From the NCBI GenBank assembly GCA_009885795.1, contig VFKA01000010.1, positions 4,695-68,694 of the forward strand: DNA of 64,000 nt, given 5' to 3'. The stretch comes from Rhodospirillales bacterium (GTDB lineage: Bacteria > Pseudomonadota > Alphaproteobacteria > Dongiales > Dongiaceae). Numbering within the stretch: position 1 is the first letter of the stretch; every line of letters starts with the position of its first letter. The notes beneath the pieces were generated by a model that did no database searches, was not told the origin of the DNA, and worked only from the letters and a program-made list of their open reading frames with translations. The translations under genes and the position numbers were made by a program. Of this stretch, positions 8,885 through 18,270 are shown piece by piece.

Positions 8885-10963
8885 ATGACCGAACCCGCCG
8901 CGACCGCGACCGGCCCGGTCCTCGAACTCGACAACGCGCGCATTTCCTATTTCACGCGCGCCGGCGAAATCAACGTCATTCCGGGCATCAGTTTCAAGCT
9001 CGGCCATGGCGAATCGCTGGGCCTCGTCGGCGAATCCGGCTGCGGCAAATCGACCGTCGCGTTTTCGATCGTGAACTATCTGGGAGGCGCGGGGCGGCTG
9101 ACCGGGGGGCGCATCCTGTTCGAGGGCCGCGACACGGCCCGCATGCCGGCCGAGGAGCTTCGCTCCATCCGCGGCGGCAAGCTCGCCATGGTTTACCAGG
9201 ACCCGATGTCGAGCCTGAACCCGGTCATTCCGGTCGGCCGGCAGCTCATGGAAGTTCCGATCATTCACTTAGGCGCGAGCGAGGAAGAGGCGCGCGAGCG
9301 CGCCGTGCGGATGCTGCGCGAGGTCAATTTGCCCGACCCGGAATCGCTGTTCGGGCGCTATCCGCATCAATTGTCCGGCGGCCAGCAGCAGCGCGTGGTC
9401 ATCGCCATGGCGCTGATGGCGGAGCCGTCGTTGCTGGTGATGGACGAGCCCACCACCGGTCTCGACGTGACGGTGGAGGCAGCCGTACTCGATCTCGTGC
9501 GCGAGCTGCGCCGGCGGCACAATACGGCGATCGTCTTCATCAGCCACAACCTCGGCACCGTGGTGCGGGTCTGCGACCGGATCGGCGTCATGTATGCCGG
9601 CGAGCTGGTCGAGGAAGGGCCGATCGGCGAGGTGTTCCGCGACCCGCGCCATCCCTATACGCGCGGGCTGCTGGAATGCATTCCGTTGTTGGGCACGGAC
9701 AAGCACTCGACCGCCCTGGTGCCGATCCCCGGCCAGGTGCCGCCGGCGCTCTACCGGCCGAAGGGCTGCGTGTTCGCGCCGCGTTGCGGCTTCGTGGACC
9801 AGGCACGATGCACGACCGAGCGCATCGCCACGACCTACGTCGCCGGTTCGCAAGGCCACCGCGCGCAGTGCGTGCGTAGCGCCGAGATACCGAAATGGCG
9901 GCGCCCGGCGGCGGCGGCGGGCGCGGCGGTGGGCAAGCGCGACAAGTCGGACGTACTCACCATCGACCGTCTGCGCAAGACCTACCGCCAGTCGGCCAGC
10001 ATCTTCGCCGGCGGGGGCGGTTACGACGTGAATGCGGTCAACGACATCTCCATGACGGCGGGGCGCGGCATGACGCTGGCGATCGTCGGCGAATCGGGTT
10101 GCGGCAAGTCGACCTTCGCCAAGGTGCTGACGGGCCTCGAGCCCGCTACCGCGGGGAAAGTCTATCTCGAAGGGGTCGATATCGGCGGGGTGCCGGTGGA
10201 GCGGCGCGACAAGCGCATGAAGCGCATGCTGCAGATGGTGTTCCAGAACCCCGATAGCACGCTCAACCCCAGCCATTCGGTCGGCTTCGCCATCGGGCGC
10301 TCGCTGCGGCGCTTGAAGGACATGGGGCGGCGCGAGGCGCGGGGCAGGTCGCGCGAGCTCATGGAGACGGTGAAGCTGCCGGCCGATTTCGTCGACCGCA
10401 AGCCGCGCCAGCTATCGGGCGGCCAGAAGCAGCGCGTGGCGATCGCCCGGGCGCTGGCAGGCGACCCCGATCTCGTCATCGCCGACGAGCCGGTCTCGGC
10501 GCTCGACGTGTCGGTGCAGGCGGCGATCATCAATCTCCTGATCGAGCTTCAGGCTTCGCGCCAGACCACCATGGTGTTCATCTCGCACGATCTGTCGGTG
10601 GTCCGCTATCTCGCGGACTTCGTGGCGGTCATGTATCTGGGCAAGATCGTCGAATACGGATCGGCCGACGACGTGTTCGCGCCGCCCTACCACCCCTATA
10701 CCGAGGCGCTGCTTTCGGCGGCGCCGATCCCGGACCCCGACATGCAGCAGAAGCGGATCGTGCTCGAAGGCGCGGTGCCGAGCGTCACCAACGTTCCGGC
10801 CGGCTGTCCGTTCTCCACCCGCTGTCCGCGTAAAGTGGGGACGATCTGCGAAACCACCCCGCCGCCCGAGCAGCTGACCGACACCGGCCACCGCATCGCC
10901 TGTCACATTCCCTTGGCCGAGCTGCGCGCGGTCGAGCCGGTCATCACCACGGCGGCGGAGTAG
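8885..10963 (+). CDS. fused double ABC ATPase (DppD/DppF-like)
   Basis: Start MTEPAATATGPVLELDN inside ORF 8219..10963. Two Walker A motifs (GESGCGKST twice) and two signatures (LSGGQQQR, LSGGQKQR). Confidence 0.9.
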   Translation: MTEPAATATGPVLELDNARISYFTRAGEINVIPGISFKLGHGESLGLVGESGCGKSTVAFSIVNYLGGAGRLTGGRILFEGRDTARMPAEELRSIRGGKLAMVYQDPMSSLNPVIPVGRQLMEVPIIHLGASEEEARERAVRMLREVNLPDPESLFGRYPHQLSGGQQQRVVIAMALMAEPSLLVMDEPTTGLDVTVEAAVLDLVRELRRRHNTAIVFISHNLGTVVRVCDRIGVMYAGELVEEGPIGEVFRDPRHPYTRGLLECIPLLGTDKHSTALVPIPGQVPPALYRPKGCVFAPRCGFVDQARCTTERIATTYVAGSQGHRAQCVRSAEIPKWRRPAAAAGAAVGKRDKSDVLTIDRLRKTYRQSASIFAGGGGYDVNAVNDISMTAGRGMTLAIVGESGCGKSTFAKVLTGLEPATAGKVYLEGVDIGGVPVERRDKRMKRMLQMVFQNPDSTLNPSHSVGFAIGRSLRRLKDMGRREARGRSRELMETVKLPADFVDRKPRQLSGGQKQRVAIARALAGDPDLVIADEPVSALDVSVQAAIINLLIELQASRQTTMVFISHDLSVVRYLADFVAVMYLGKIVEYGSADDVFAPPYHPYTEALLSAAPIPDPDMQQKRIVLEGAVPSVTNVPAGCPFSTRCPRKVGTICETTPPPEQLTDTGHRIACHIPLAELRAVEPVITTAAE

Positions 10964-10980
10964 GCTTGTTCCCAGCCGCC

Positions 10981-11072
10981 ATGCTTCGAGACGCCGCTTC
11001 GCGGCTCCTCAGCATGAGGTGATATTCCTCATCCTGAGGAGCGTTCGAAGAACGCGTCTCGAAGGATGGGCC
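10981..11072. repeat. Family A/B intergenic palindromic repeat
   Basis: Perfect inverted ends cttcgagacgc / gcgtctcgaag enclose ctcctcagcatgagg...cctcatcctgaggag. Related copies are at 12317, 16957, 21455, 26866, 29030, 55123 and 57108. Confidence 0.75.
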
Positions 11073-11100
11073 ATAGGTCTCGGGCACCCAAGATTCGACC

Positions 11101-12234
11101 CTAATTCCCCGCCGTTACGCCCATCGCCGCGGCCACCAGCGTGTGGAAATGGTGCACCGCGTGCTCGCTCATCTGGGTGCGCTCGCGGTCTACGATGAAG
11201 CGCCCTTGCGTGTAGCCGCGCGAGCGCAGGCCCCGCTGCACCGCCTCGCACAAATTGTTGTCCTCGACCTGGAGCGTGTTGTTGGCGTAGGCGATGCGCT
11301 CCTTGCGCTGCCCGTCCAACTTGCCGTCGAGATAATAATAATCCGCCACTTCGAGCGTGCGTTCGGGGCCGAGCGGCCGGATGTAGAACATCGCCATGTT
11401 GGGCTCGCCCGGCCCCACGTTCATCGTCGTGGTCGGCCACAGCCACCAGAACGCCGCCACCTGCGACCCGTCCTTGGGATCGAATTTATAGGCCTTGTTG
11501 TCGGGCCGGCCGCTGCGGCTGACATGGGTCGAATGGTTGGCGTGGGTGGTCGAGCGGTAGCTGTCCATGTCCACGAGCTGGGCGAAGGCCGGGTGCGCCG
11601 GCTCGCAGTGGTAGCATTCGAGGAAGTTGTCGATGACCACCTTCCAGTTGGCCTCGATCTCCCAGCTTTGCGAAGCCACCTTGGTGAGCCGGTCGAACTC
11701 GGGCGCAAACTTGCGGATTTCGTCCATGAGCCCGCCCGACTGGCTCGCGAGCGGCTCGGCGTTCCCGTCGAGATTGACGAAGACCATCGGCCCCATGGTT
11801 TCGACCCGGACCGGCTTCAGGCAGAATTCCTTGCCGTCGAAGCCGGCGACCTTTTCGCTGCCGCGCGCGGTCCGAAGCTCGCCGGTCAGGTGATAGGACC
11901 AGGCGTGATAGGGGCAGGTGATGACCCGCGCCTTGCCGGCGCCGCGCAACAGCTCGTGCGCGCGGTGCGAGCAGACGTTGTAGAAGCCGCGCAAAATCCC
12001 GTCCTTGCCCCGCGCGATGAAGATGTTCTGGTCGAGGATCATGGCGGTGATGTAGGCGCCGGGTTCCGCCAAATCCTCGACGTGGCCGACATATTGCCAG
12101 CTACGGAAGAAAATGGCTTCCGCCTCCTGCCGAAAGATGTCCGGCGAGGTGTAGTGGCGCGCCGGGAGCGTATAGGACTTGCCCGGATCGGCGTCGAGCC
12201 GGCGCTCGAAGGCGGGGCGGATGATCTTGGCCAT
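11101..12234 (-). CDS. Rieske [2Fe-2S] non-heme-iron oxygenase alpha subunit, quaternary-amine type (CntA/YeaW/GbcA-like)
   Basis: 377 aa with Rieske motif CSHRAHELL...CPYHAWSY. Also NWKVVIDNFLECYHCEPAHP and C-terminal VEDNNLCEAVQRGLRSRGY, which match my recollection of carnitine/glycine-betaine monooxygenases. Confidence 0.7.
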   Translation of the reverse strand: MAKIIRPAFERRLDADPGKSYTLPARHYTSPDIFRQEAEAIFFRSWQYVGHVEDLAEPGAYITAMILDQNIFIARGKDGILRGFYNVCSHRAHELLRGAGKARVITCPYHAWSYHLTGELRTARGSEKVAGFDGKEFCLKPVRVETMGPMVFVNLDGNAEPLASQSGGLMDEIRKFAPEFDRLTKVASQSWEIEANWKVVIDNFLECYHCEPAHPAFAQLVDMDSYRSTTHANHSTHVSRSGRPDNKAYKFDPKDGSQVAAFWWLWPTTTMNVGPGEPNMAMFYIRPLGPERTLEVADYYYLDGKLDGQRKERIAYANNTLQVEDNNLCEAVQRGLRSRGYTQGRFIVDRERTQMSEHAVHHFHTLVAAAMGVTAGN

Positions 12235-12316
12235 GGGAGATGTCTAGCAAGGGTAGCGCCCGGTTGCTACAGTTTCGACGGAGCAATTCAGGGGGCTATC
12301 GCATTTGAGCGCTACG

Positions 12317-12425
12317 GGTTTCCTCTCCCTTCGAGACGCGCCCATTCGGGCGCTCCTCAGGGTGAGGAAACCCCGAAAGTGCCTCATGGTGAGGAGGCCG
12401 CGTTAGCGGCCGTCTCGAACCATAA
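12317..12425. repeat. Family A/B intergenic repeat
   Basis: cttcgagacgcgcccattcgggcgctcctcagggtgagg ... cctcatggtgaggaggccgcgttagcggccgtctcgaac. Same motifs as 10981 and 57108. Confidence 0.7.
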
Positions 12426-12474
12426 GGCGCCGGCTGTGTCGAATGCGATAGCCCCGCAATTTAGGGGGGCCGCC

Positions 12475-14538
12475 ATGGCGCGCGATCCGCGATACGACGT
12501 TCTGTTCGAGCCGGTCAAGATCGGGCCGGTCACCGCCCGGAACCGCTTTTACCAAGTGCCGCATTGCAATGGCATGGGCCACGCGATGCCGCGGTCGCTC
12601 GCCGCCATGCGCGGCATGAAGGCCGAGGGCGGCTGGGGCGTGGTCTGCACCGAGGAAGTCGAGATCCACGCCAAATCCGACATCTCGCCCTTTCACGAAG
12701 GCCGGTTGTGGGACGATGGCGACATCGGGGGGCTCGCCCTGATGACCGACGCGGTGCACAAGCATGGCTCGCTCGCCGGGATCGAGCTTCAGTTTCACGG
12801 TCCTACCTCCGACAATCACTACAGCCGCGAGGTGGCGATGGGGCCGTCCCATTCGGTGGTCAGCAACTATGAACCGGCGCAGGCGCGGGCCATGACCAAG
12901 GCCGACATCCGCGACTACCGGGGCTGGCACCGCAAGGCGGCGCTGCGCGCCCGCGAGGCCGGTTTCGACATCGTCTATGTCTATGCCGGGCACGACCTGG
13001 CGCTGCCGCATCATTTCCTGCAGAAGCGCCGCAACCACCGGACCGACGAATATGGCGGCAGCCTGGAAAACCGCGCACGCCTCCTGCGCGAGCTCATCGT
13101 CGAGACCAAGGAAGCGGTGGGCGACACTTGCGCCGTCGCCGTCCGGTTCGCGGTCGACGAGATGATGGGGCCGGACGGCATGACGGCGGAGGGCGAGGGC
13201 CGCGAAGTCATCGAGATGCTGGCCGAGTTGCCGGACCTTTGGGACGTGAACGTCAGCGACTGGCCGAACGATTCGCAGACCTCGCGCTTCTCCGAGGAAG
13301 GTTTTCAGGAGCGCTACATTGGGTTCGTCAAGAAGCTCACCACCAAGCCGGTCGTCGTCGTCGGCCGCTACACCTCGCCCGACGCGATGGTGTCGCTGGT
13401 GAAGCGCGGCATCGCCGATTTCATCGGTGCGGCGCGGCCCTCGATCGCCGATCCGTTCCTGCCCAAGAAGATCGAGGAAGGCCGCCCCGACGACATCCGC
13501 GAATGCATCGGCTGCAACATCTGCGTGTCGGGCGATTACACCATCACGCCGATCCGCTGCACCCAAAACCCGACCATGGGCGAGGAGTGGCGCAAGGGTT
13601 GGCATCCGGAGATCATCACCGGCAAGGGCTCCGAGACGAGCGTGCTGGTCGTGGGCGCGGGGCCGGCTGGGCTCGAATGCGCGCGCGCGTTGGGTCAGCG
13701 CGGTTATCGCGTCAGCCTGGCCGAAGCGGGCGAGGCGCTGGGCGGGCGCGTCACACTGGAATCGAAGCTGCCGGGCCTCGCCGCTTGGGGCCGCGTGCGG
13801 GACTACCGCGACTATCAGATCGGCAAGATGACGAATGTCGAGGTGTTCCGCGCAAGCCGGATGGGCGCCGCCGAGGTGTGCGAGTTCGGTGCGGCCGAGG
13901 TCGTCATCGCGACCGGCGCCACATGGCGGCGCGACGGGGTAGGGCGCCAGCACCCCTTTCCGGTGCCGGGCTTCGACAGGCCCAATGTCCTAACCCCCGA
14001 CGACATCATGGCCGGCCGCCTGCCGCCCTCGCCGGTGGTCGTCTATGACGACGATCACTACTACATGGCCGGCGTGATCGCCGAGAAGCTGCGGGCTGCT
14101 GGCATCGCCGTGACGGTGGTGACGCCGGCCTATGGCGTCTCCGTGTGGACCACGAACACGCTCGAATTCAAGGCGATCCAGGGGCGTTTGTTGAAGCTGG
14201 GGGTCGAGATCGTGGCCCACCGCGAGATCACCGCCTTCCACGGCGACCGGGTCGAGACGGCTTGCGTTCATTCCGAACGGCCCAGCGACATCGCGTGCGC
14301 CGGGCTCGTCACGGTCACATCGCGACTGCCGGAGGATTCGCTCTACCAGGCGCTCGTCGGTGACTCGGCGGCGCTGAAGGCGGCGGGGATCGCCCGCGTC
14401 ACCGCCATCGGCGACTGCCTGGCGCCCGGTACCATCGCCGCCGCCGTCTATGCCGGCCACCGCTACGCGCGCGAGTTGGACGGCCCCGATCTCGGCGATG
14501 TGCCTTTCAAGCGCGAGCGCGTGGCGCTGACGGGTTAG
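12475..14538 (+). CDS. trimethylamine/dimethylamine/histamine dehydrogenase-family flavoprotein (FMN OYE-like domain + 4Fe-4S + ADP-binding domains)
   Basis: Internal ATG of ORF 11143..14538. N-terminus RDPRYDVLFEPVKIGPVTARNRFYQVPHCNG closely resembles TMADH as I recall it. Cys cluster CIGCNICVSG...RCTQNP and dinucleotide fold VLVVGAGPAGLECA. Confidence 0.75.
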   Translation: MARDPRYDVLFEPVKIGPVTARNRFYQVPHCNGMGHAMPRSLAAMRGMKAEGGWGVVCTEEVEIHAKSDISPFHEGRLWDDGDIGGLALMTDAVHKHGSLAGIELQFHGPTSDNHYSREVAMGPSHSVVSNYEPAQARAMTKADIRDYRGWHRKAALRAREAGFDIVYVYAGHDLALPHHFLQKRRNHRTDEYGGSLENRARLLRELIVETKEAVGDTCAVAVRFAVDEMMGPDGMTAEGEGREVIEMLAELPDLWDVNVSDWPNDSQTSRFSEEGFQERYIGFVKKLTTKPVVVVGRYTSPDAMVSLVKRGIADFIGAARPSIADPFLPKKIEEGRPDDIRECIGCNICVSGDYTITPIRCTQNPTMGEEWRKGWHPEIITGKGSETSVLVVGAGPAGLECARALGQRGYRVSLAEAGEALGGRVTLESKLPGLAAWGRVRDYRDYQIGKMTNVEVFRASRMGAAEVCEFGAAEVVIATGATWRRDGVGRQHPFPVPGFDRPNVLTPDDIMAGRLPPSPVVVYDDDHYYMAGVIAEKLRAAGIAVTVVTPAYGVSVWTTNTLEFKAIQGRLLKLGVEIVAHREITAFHGDRVETACVHSERPSDIACAGLVTVTSRLPEDSLYQALVGDSAALKAAGIARVTAIGDCLAPGTIAAAVYAGHRYARELDGPDLGDVPFKRERVALTG

Positions 14539-14993
14539 GCGGCGATTGGCGGATCACCGACCGCGTCTTTCGTCTGGACGACGGCAATCCACCAGAACAC
14601 GAGCCCACCAACGGTGCCGGCACCAAGGGCGGCTGGGGCTCCCAAAGCGTACGCAAAGATGAATCCTAAGACAACCAGATCTTCCGTCATCACCAGCACA
14701 AACAGGGCAAGTGCAGACGCGCCGATTACCATGCCGCGCAACATGACGAACCGCTTGGAGAACTTGCGCGGGTCGCGCGGACCGAATAGCAGGAACGCTC
14801 CCATGAAAGCGGCCGGAGCGGCGAATGGCAGCGTTACCAGGGCGCCCAATCCAATCAAATGAAAGATTCTTATGTAGGTCCGTAAACCCATGAGATCGCC
14901 GCATATTGGCGAGCAGTGGGCCGCGTTCGAGATTGCCTTGAAAACAACGACTCCAGTGATGCCAATCAGCGGTGCCAACAGAACCGCCACCAC
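14535..14993 (-). CDS. hypothetical integral membrane protein
   Basis: 152 aa with about 4 hydrophobic spans, in a visibly lower-GC stretch. No family recognised. Confidence 0.4.
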   Translation of the reverse strand: MVAVLLAPLIGITGVVVFKAISNAAHCSPICGDLMGLRTYIRIFHLIGLGALVTLPFAAPAAFMGAFLLFGPRDPRKFSKRFVMLRGMVIGASALALFVLVMTEDLVVLGFIFAYALGAPAALGAGTVGGLVFWWIAVVQTKDAVGDPPIAA

Positions 14994-15061
14994 AACGGCG
15001 GCAAGCCATCCAATGATACGACGTCAACGGCTCGGATGAAGGGGTGAATTCATATGCCCCT

Positions 15062-15469
15062 TCAACCCAAATCCTTGAGCAATTCAGGATGCTTGTCCAG
15101 GAGTCGGAAGAGATTGACGACGGCCGGGAGCGGGGCCGCTTCACCGCGTTCGTAGCGCGAGAAGGCGTTGTGGCCGCCGCCGGTCAGGCGCGCGGCGGCA
15201 ACCTGGCTCAAACCCAGTTTTCGCCGGATGCGGCGGATTTCCTTGCTCAGCCGCTCGCGGTCGCGCAGCACCAACTCGTCGCCCGCCGCCGCGTAGCGCC
15301 GCGCGCTGTCGGCGTCGAACTCGACTTCACTGCAGCCCGCGCATCGCCAGCCCGACAGACCGCCAACCTTCGCGGTCATGCCGGCATGTTCAATGGTGAA
15401 GGTCTCGCCCTTGAAGCGTGTCATGCCCTCGCGGGCCTCGCAGTTCAGACATTTCCGCGCCATGGTCAT
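15062..15469 (-). CDS. mqsA: MqsA-family antitoxin / transcriptional regulator (zinc ribbon + XRE HTH)
   Basis: 135 aa with CLNC...CAGC zinc ribbon and C-terminal HTH LGLSQVAAARLTGGGHNAFSRYERGEAAP. AAGGAG RBS upstream. Confidence 0.8.
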   Translation of the reverse strand: MTMARKCLNCEAREGMTRFKGETFTIEHAGMTAKVGGLSGWRCAGCSEVEFDADSARRYAAAGDELVLRDRERLSKEIRRIRRKLGLSQVAAARLTGGGHNAFSRYERGEAAPLPAVVNLFRLLDKHPELLKDLG

Positions 15470-15643
15470 TTCTCCTTGAACTGGATCACCGGCGCCGTGT
15501 CGCGCACACTTTAAGCATCTCCGCCGTGGTCAAGCCCATCAGCCGGCCGCCATCGAGGGCGGATTTCGTGAAAGCCGCCGCCCCGAGCCGCGCGACATCC
15601 GCCTGGATGCGTGCAAGATCGTAATGGGTGTGCGTTTTTCCAC
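15466..15643 (-). pseudogene. mqsR: mqsR-like toxin remnant (1-nt frameshift plus internal deletion of about 40 codons)
   Basis: Reverse-strand reading: GTG-EKRTP, then after a -1 shift in a C-run, HYDLARIQADVARLGAAAFTKSALDGGRLMGLTTAEMLKV. This aligns with the E. coli MqsR N-terminal half (MEKRTPHTRLSQVKKLV..TRSALL..LGL). A third frame ends ...PVIQFKEK-TGA (compare E. coli ...IVSFKEK) and overlaps the mqsA ATG as ATGA. Confidence 0.7.
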
Positions 15644-15653
15644 GAGTTGGAAT

Positions 15654-15673
15654 TACCCTATAAGGGTATTATA
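15654..15673 (-). promoter_or_regulatory. perfect palindrome TACCCT-ATA-AGGGTA overlapping a TATAAT -10 box (candidate MqsA operator/promoter)
   Basis: 15654..15668 is a perfect 6-3-6 palindrome 11 nt upstream of the mqsR GTG. The reverse strand of 15668..15673 reads TATAAT. It resembles the ACCT-N-AGGT palindromes bound by E. coli MqsA. Confidence 0.55.
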
Positions 15674-15674
15674 C

Positions 15675-16940
15675 TCAAGTCTGTTGATGGCTTCCGACCG
15701 AATGCCTCTCCTCCTCCGCACGCGGGTCGAGCTCGGGCGCGCCATAGGTGCCTTGGCTTAACGGCACGGGCACGAAGTTCTTCTGCTCCTTGGGGCTGAG
15801 CGCGCGGCGGATCACCATGCGGATCACGATGACGGCGGCGATCGCAAAGAGCATCGCCGCGACATAGGCGAAGAGTCCCTTCGCTCCCAAGGGCCGCATG
15901 ACCGCGGCGGCGATGGTGGGGCCGATGCTGGCGCCCAGACCCCAGGCGAAGAGCAGGCCCGCGCTCGCCGCCACGAAGTCCTTTTTCTCGATGTAGTCGC
16001 TGGCCTGGCCGACGCCCAGCGCATAGAGCGGCGCCGCCGCGCTGGCGATCGCGCCGATGAGCGCCAGCAAGGCGTAAAAGGAAAGCCCGTCGAACGCCAT
16101 GATCGCGAGCGCGGCGCCGGCGCCGAGAAGCGCGCAGATCAGCATGAGCGGCCGGCGGCCGAAATGGTCGGCGAGCACGCCGATGGGAAATTGAAACGCG
16201 AGCGCGCCGATCGTGCTGAGGCTCAGGAGCAGCGATAGCTTCGCCGCCGAATAGCCGGACGCCTCGGTATAGACCGGAAGCAGCGACCACAACGCCGTAT
16301 TGACCAGGCCGGACCCGAAGCAGGCAATGACGCCGAGCGGCGAGATGCGATAGAGGCGCCGAATCCCGAAATGCTCGCGGTGGCCGATCTCCGGATTGCC
16401 GATCTTGGTGAGCGACATCGGAATGATCGCCGCCGCCAGCATGATGGTGATGAGCGAGAACAGCAGGCTGCCGTCCTTGTCGTTCAAATTGAGGCCGAGC
16501 GGCCCGATGCCGCTCGCCGCCCAGGAGATCGTGGTGTAGAGCGCGAAGACGCGGCTGCGCTGGCCGGGCGCCGCCTTGTCGTTGAGCCAGCTTTCGGCGA
16601 TGACGAAGAGGCCGGCGAGCGCATAGCCGACGGCGGCGCGCAAAGCCAGCCAGACCCAGGGATCGCCGAAGACGGCGTGCAGCAGCGTGCCGATGGCGCC
16701 CACCGCCGCGAACACGCTGAAGGCGCGCACATGGCCGACGCGGTCGATAACGTGGTGGCAAGTGACGGTGCCGAACAGGAAACCCGCGAAGTAGGCCGAT
16801 TGAACGAGTCCGATCACCTCGGTCGCCGTCGCCCGGCGCATGAGTTGCACGCTGACCAGTGGCGACATGGCGCCCAAGGCCAATTCCATGAACACGACGG
16901 CGAGCAGGACCGCCGCGATGGAGCGAAGGGTGTTCACCAT
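15675..16940 (-). CDS. MFS transporter
   Basis: 421 aa with about 12 hydrophobic spans and a good GC3 frame. Confidence 0.8.
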   Translation of the reverse strand: MVNTLRSIAAVLLAVVFMELALGAMSPLVSVQLMRRATATEVIGLVQSAYFAGFLFGTVTCHHVIDRVGHVRAFSVFAAVGAIGTLLHAVFGDPWVWLALRAAVGYALAGLFVIAESWLNDKAAPGQRSRVFALYTTISWAASGIGPLGLNLNDKDGSLLFSLITIMLAAAIIPMSLTKIGNPEIGHREHFGIRRLYRISPLGVIACFGSGLVNTALWSLLPVYTEASGYSAAKLSLLLSLSTIGALAFQFPIGVLADHFGRRPLMLICALLGAGAALAIMAFDGLSFYALLALIGAIASAAAPLYALGVGQASDYIEKKDFVAASAGLLFAWGLGASIGPTIAAAVMRPLGAKGLFAYVAAMLFAIAAVIVIRMVIRRALSPKEQKNFVPVPLSQGTYGAPELDPRAEEERHSVGSHQQT

Positions 16941-16956
16941 GGAAAGGGCTCTTCGG

Positions 16957-17040
16957 CCTCGTCCTTCGACAGGCTCAGGACGAGGTTCATTCGTTGCAAA
17001 CGCTCATCCTCACACTGAGCTTGTCGAAGTGGGAGGATGT
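16957..17040. repeat. Family A intergenic repeat
   Basis: cctcgtccttcgacaggctcaggacgagg ... catcctcacactgagcttgtcgaagtgggagg. Confidence 0.7.
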
Positions 17041-17091
17041 GCGGACCGGTGTTGCAGCAGACTGCCAGGGCAGGCGGCGCCGATGCAAGAG

Positions 17092-18267
17092 CTACTCGAT
17101 CAACGCCGCCTGGCCGCGCTTCATCAGGCCGCGGGCGATGATGAGGCGCTGGATCTCGCTGGTGCCCTCCCAGATGCGCTCGACGCGAAGCTCACGATAG
17201 AACCGCTCGGCCACATTCTCGCGCATGTAGCCGCGCCCGCCGAAGATCTGCACCGCGCGGTCGGCGATGCGGTTCGACGCCTCGGAGGCGAAGAGCTTGG
17301 CCATGGCGCATTGCGCGTGGCTTGCCTTGCGGTCCTCGCCGCTGTCGATGGCCTCGGCCGCGCGATAGGTCATCAAGCGAGCGGCCCACAATTCGGTGGC
17401 GCTATCGGCCAGCATGAACTGCACGGCCTGGCGCTCGGACAACGGTTCGCCCTGGATCATGCGTTGACTAGCAAAAGCGCCGGCCTCGGCGATCAGCCGT
17501 TCCGAGGCTCCACAGCAGCGCGCCGCGATCATCAGCCTCTCGTACCGGAACCAGTCATAGGTGAAGTCGAGCCCGGCGCCTTCCTCGCCGATCCGGTTGA
17601 TGGCGGGCACGCGCACGTCCTCGAAGCGATAGATCGGATGGTGGAAGGCGAAGGTGTGGCTGTAAGCCGGCGTGCGCACGAGGTGGATGCCGGGCACGTT
17701 CATATCGACGAAGAACAGGCAATGCCGCCCTTCGTTGGGCCCGCCCGCGAGTTTCGCCTGGAAGACGAAATAGTCGGCGACGTTGGCGCTGGTGACGTGC
17801 CATTTCTCGCCGTTCAGCACGTAAGCGTCGCCGTCGCGCCGGGCGGTCGCCTTGATCGCGTCCAGGTCCGATCCGGCCTCGGCCTCGGTGATGGCATAGC
17901 ATTCGTGCCTTGTACCTTCGATGCTGGGCTTGACCCAGGTCTCGAATTGATGGGGCGAAGTCGCCTCCAGCATCCACGGCGCGGGGGAGGGGAAGCACCA
18001 GCCGAGCGCGTTGGTGACGCGGCCGATCTGCTCGTTCACCACCGCCTGCTCCAGCATGGTGAAGCCGGCGCCGCCGACCCGCGTCGGCATCGCCATGGCA
18101 TAGACCCCAATCTCGCGCGCGAGGCGGCGATGGCGCTCGCGCAAACCCGAGGGCAGTTCGCCCGCGTTCATCTCTGCCTCGACTTCGTGCGGAATGAGCT
18201 CGGCATCGACGAAGGCGCGCATGCGCCGCTTCAAATCGCGAGCCCGCGCGGGAAGGGGATAAGGCAT
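17092..18267 (-). CDS. acyl-CoA dehydrogenase family protein
   Basis: 391 aa with C-terminal IFGGRGYMRENVAERFYRELRVERIWEGTSEIQRLII. Confidence 0.9.
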   Translation of the reverse strand: MPYPLPARARDLKRRMRAFVDAELIPHEVEAEMNAGELPSGLRERHRRLAREIGVYAMAMPTRVGGAGFTMLEQAVVNEQIGRVTNALGWCFPSPAPWMLEATSPHQFETWVKPSIEGTRHECYAITEAEAGSDLDAIKATARRDGDAYVLNGEKWHVTSANVADYFVFQAKLAGGPNEGRHCLFFVDMNVPGIHLVRTPAYSHTFAFHHPIYRFEDVRVPAINRIGEEGAGLDFTYDWFRYERLMIAARCCGASERLIAEAGAFASQRMIQGEPLSERQAVQFMLADSATELWAARLMTYRAAEAIDSGEDRKASHAQCAMAKLFASEASNRIADRAVQIFGGRGYMRENVAERFYRELRVERIWEGTSEIQRLIIARGLMKRGQAALIE

Positions 18268-18270
18268 GCG

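Noticed and set aside
12403-13953. 516-aa minus-strand ORF inside the TMADH-family gene
   Set aside because: It is an antisense shadow with Arg/Ala/Gly-rich sequence. The plus-strand protein has unambiguous flavoprotein and FeS motifs.
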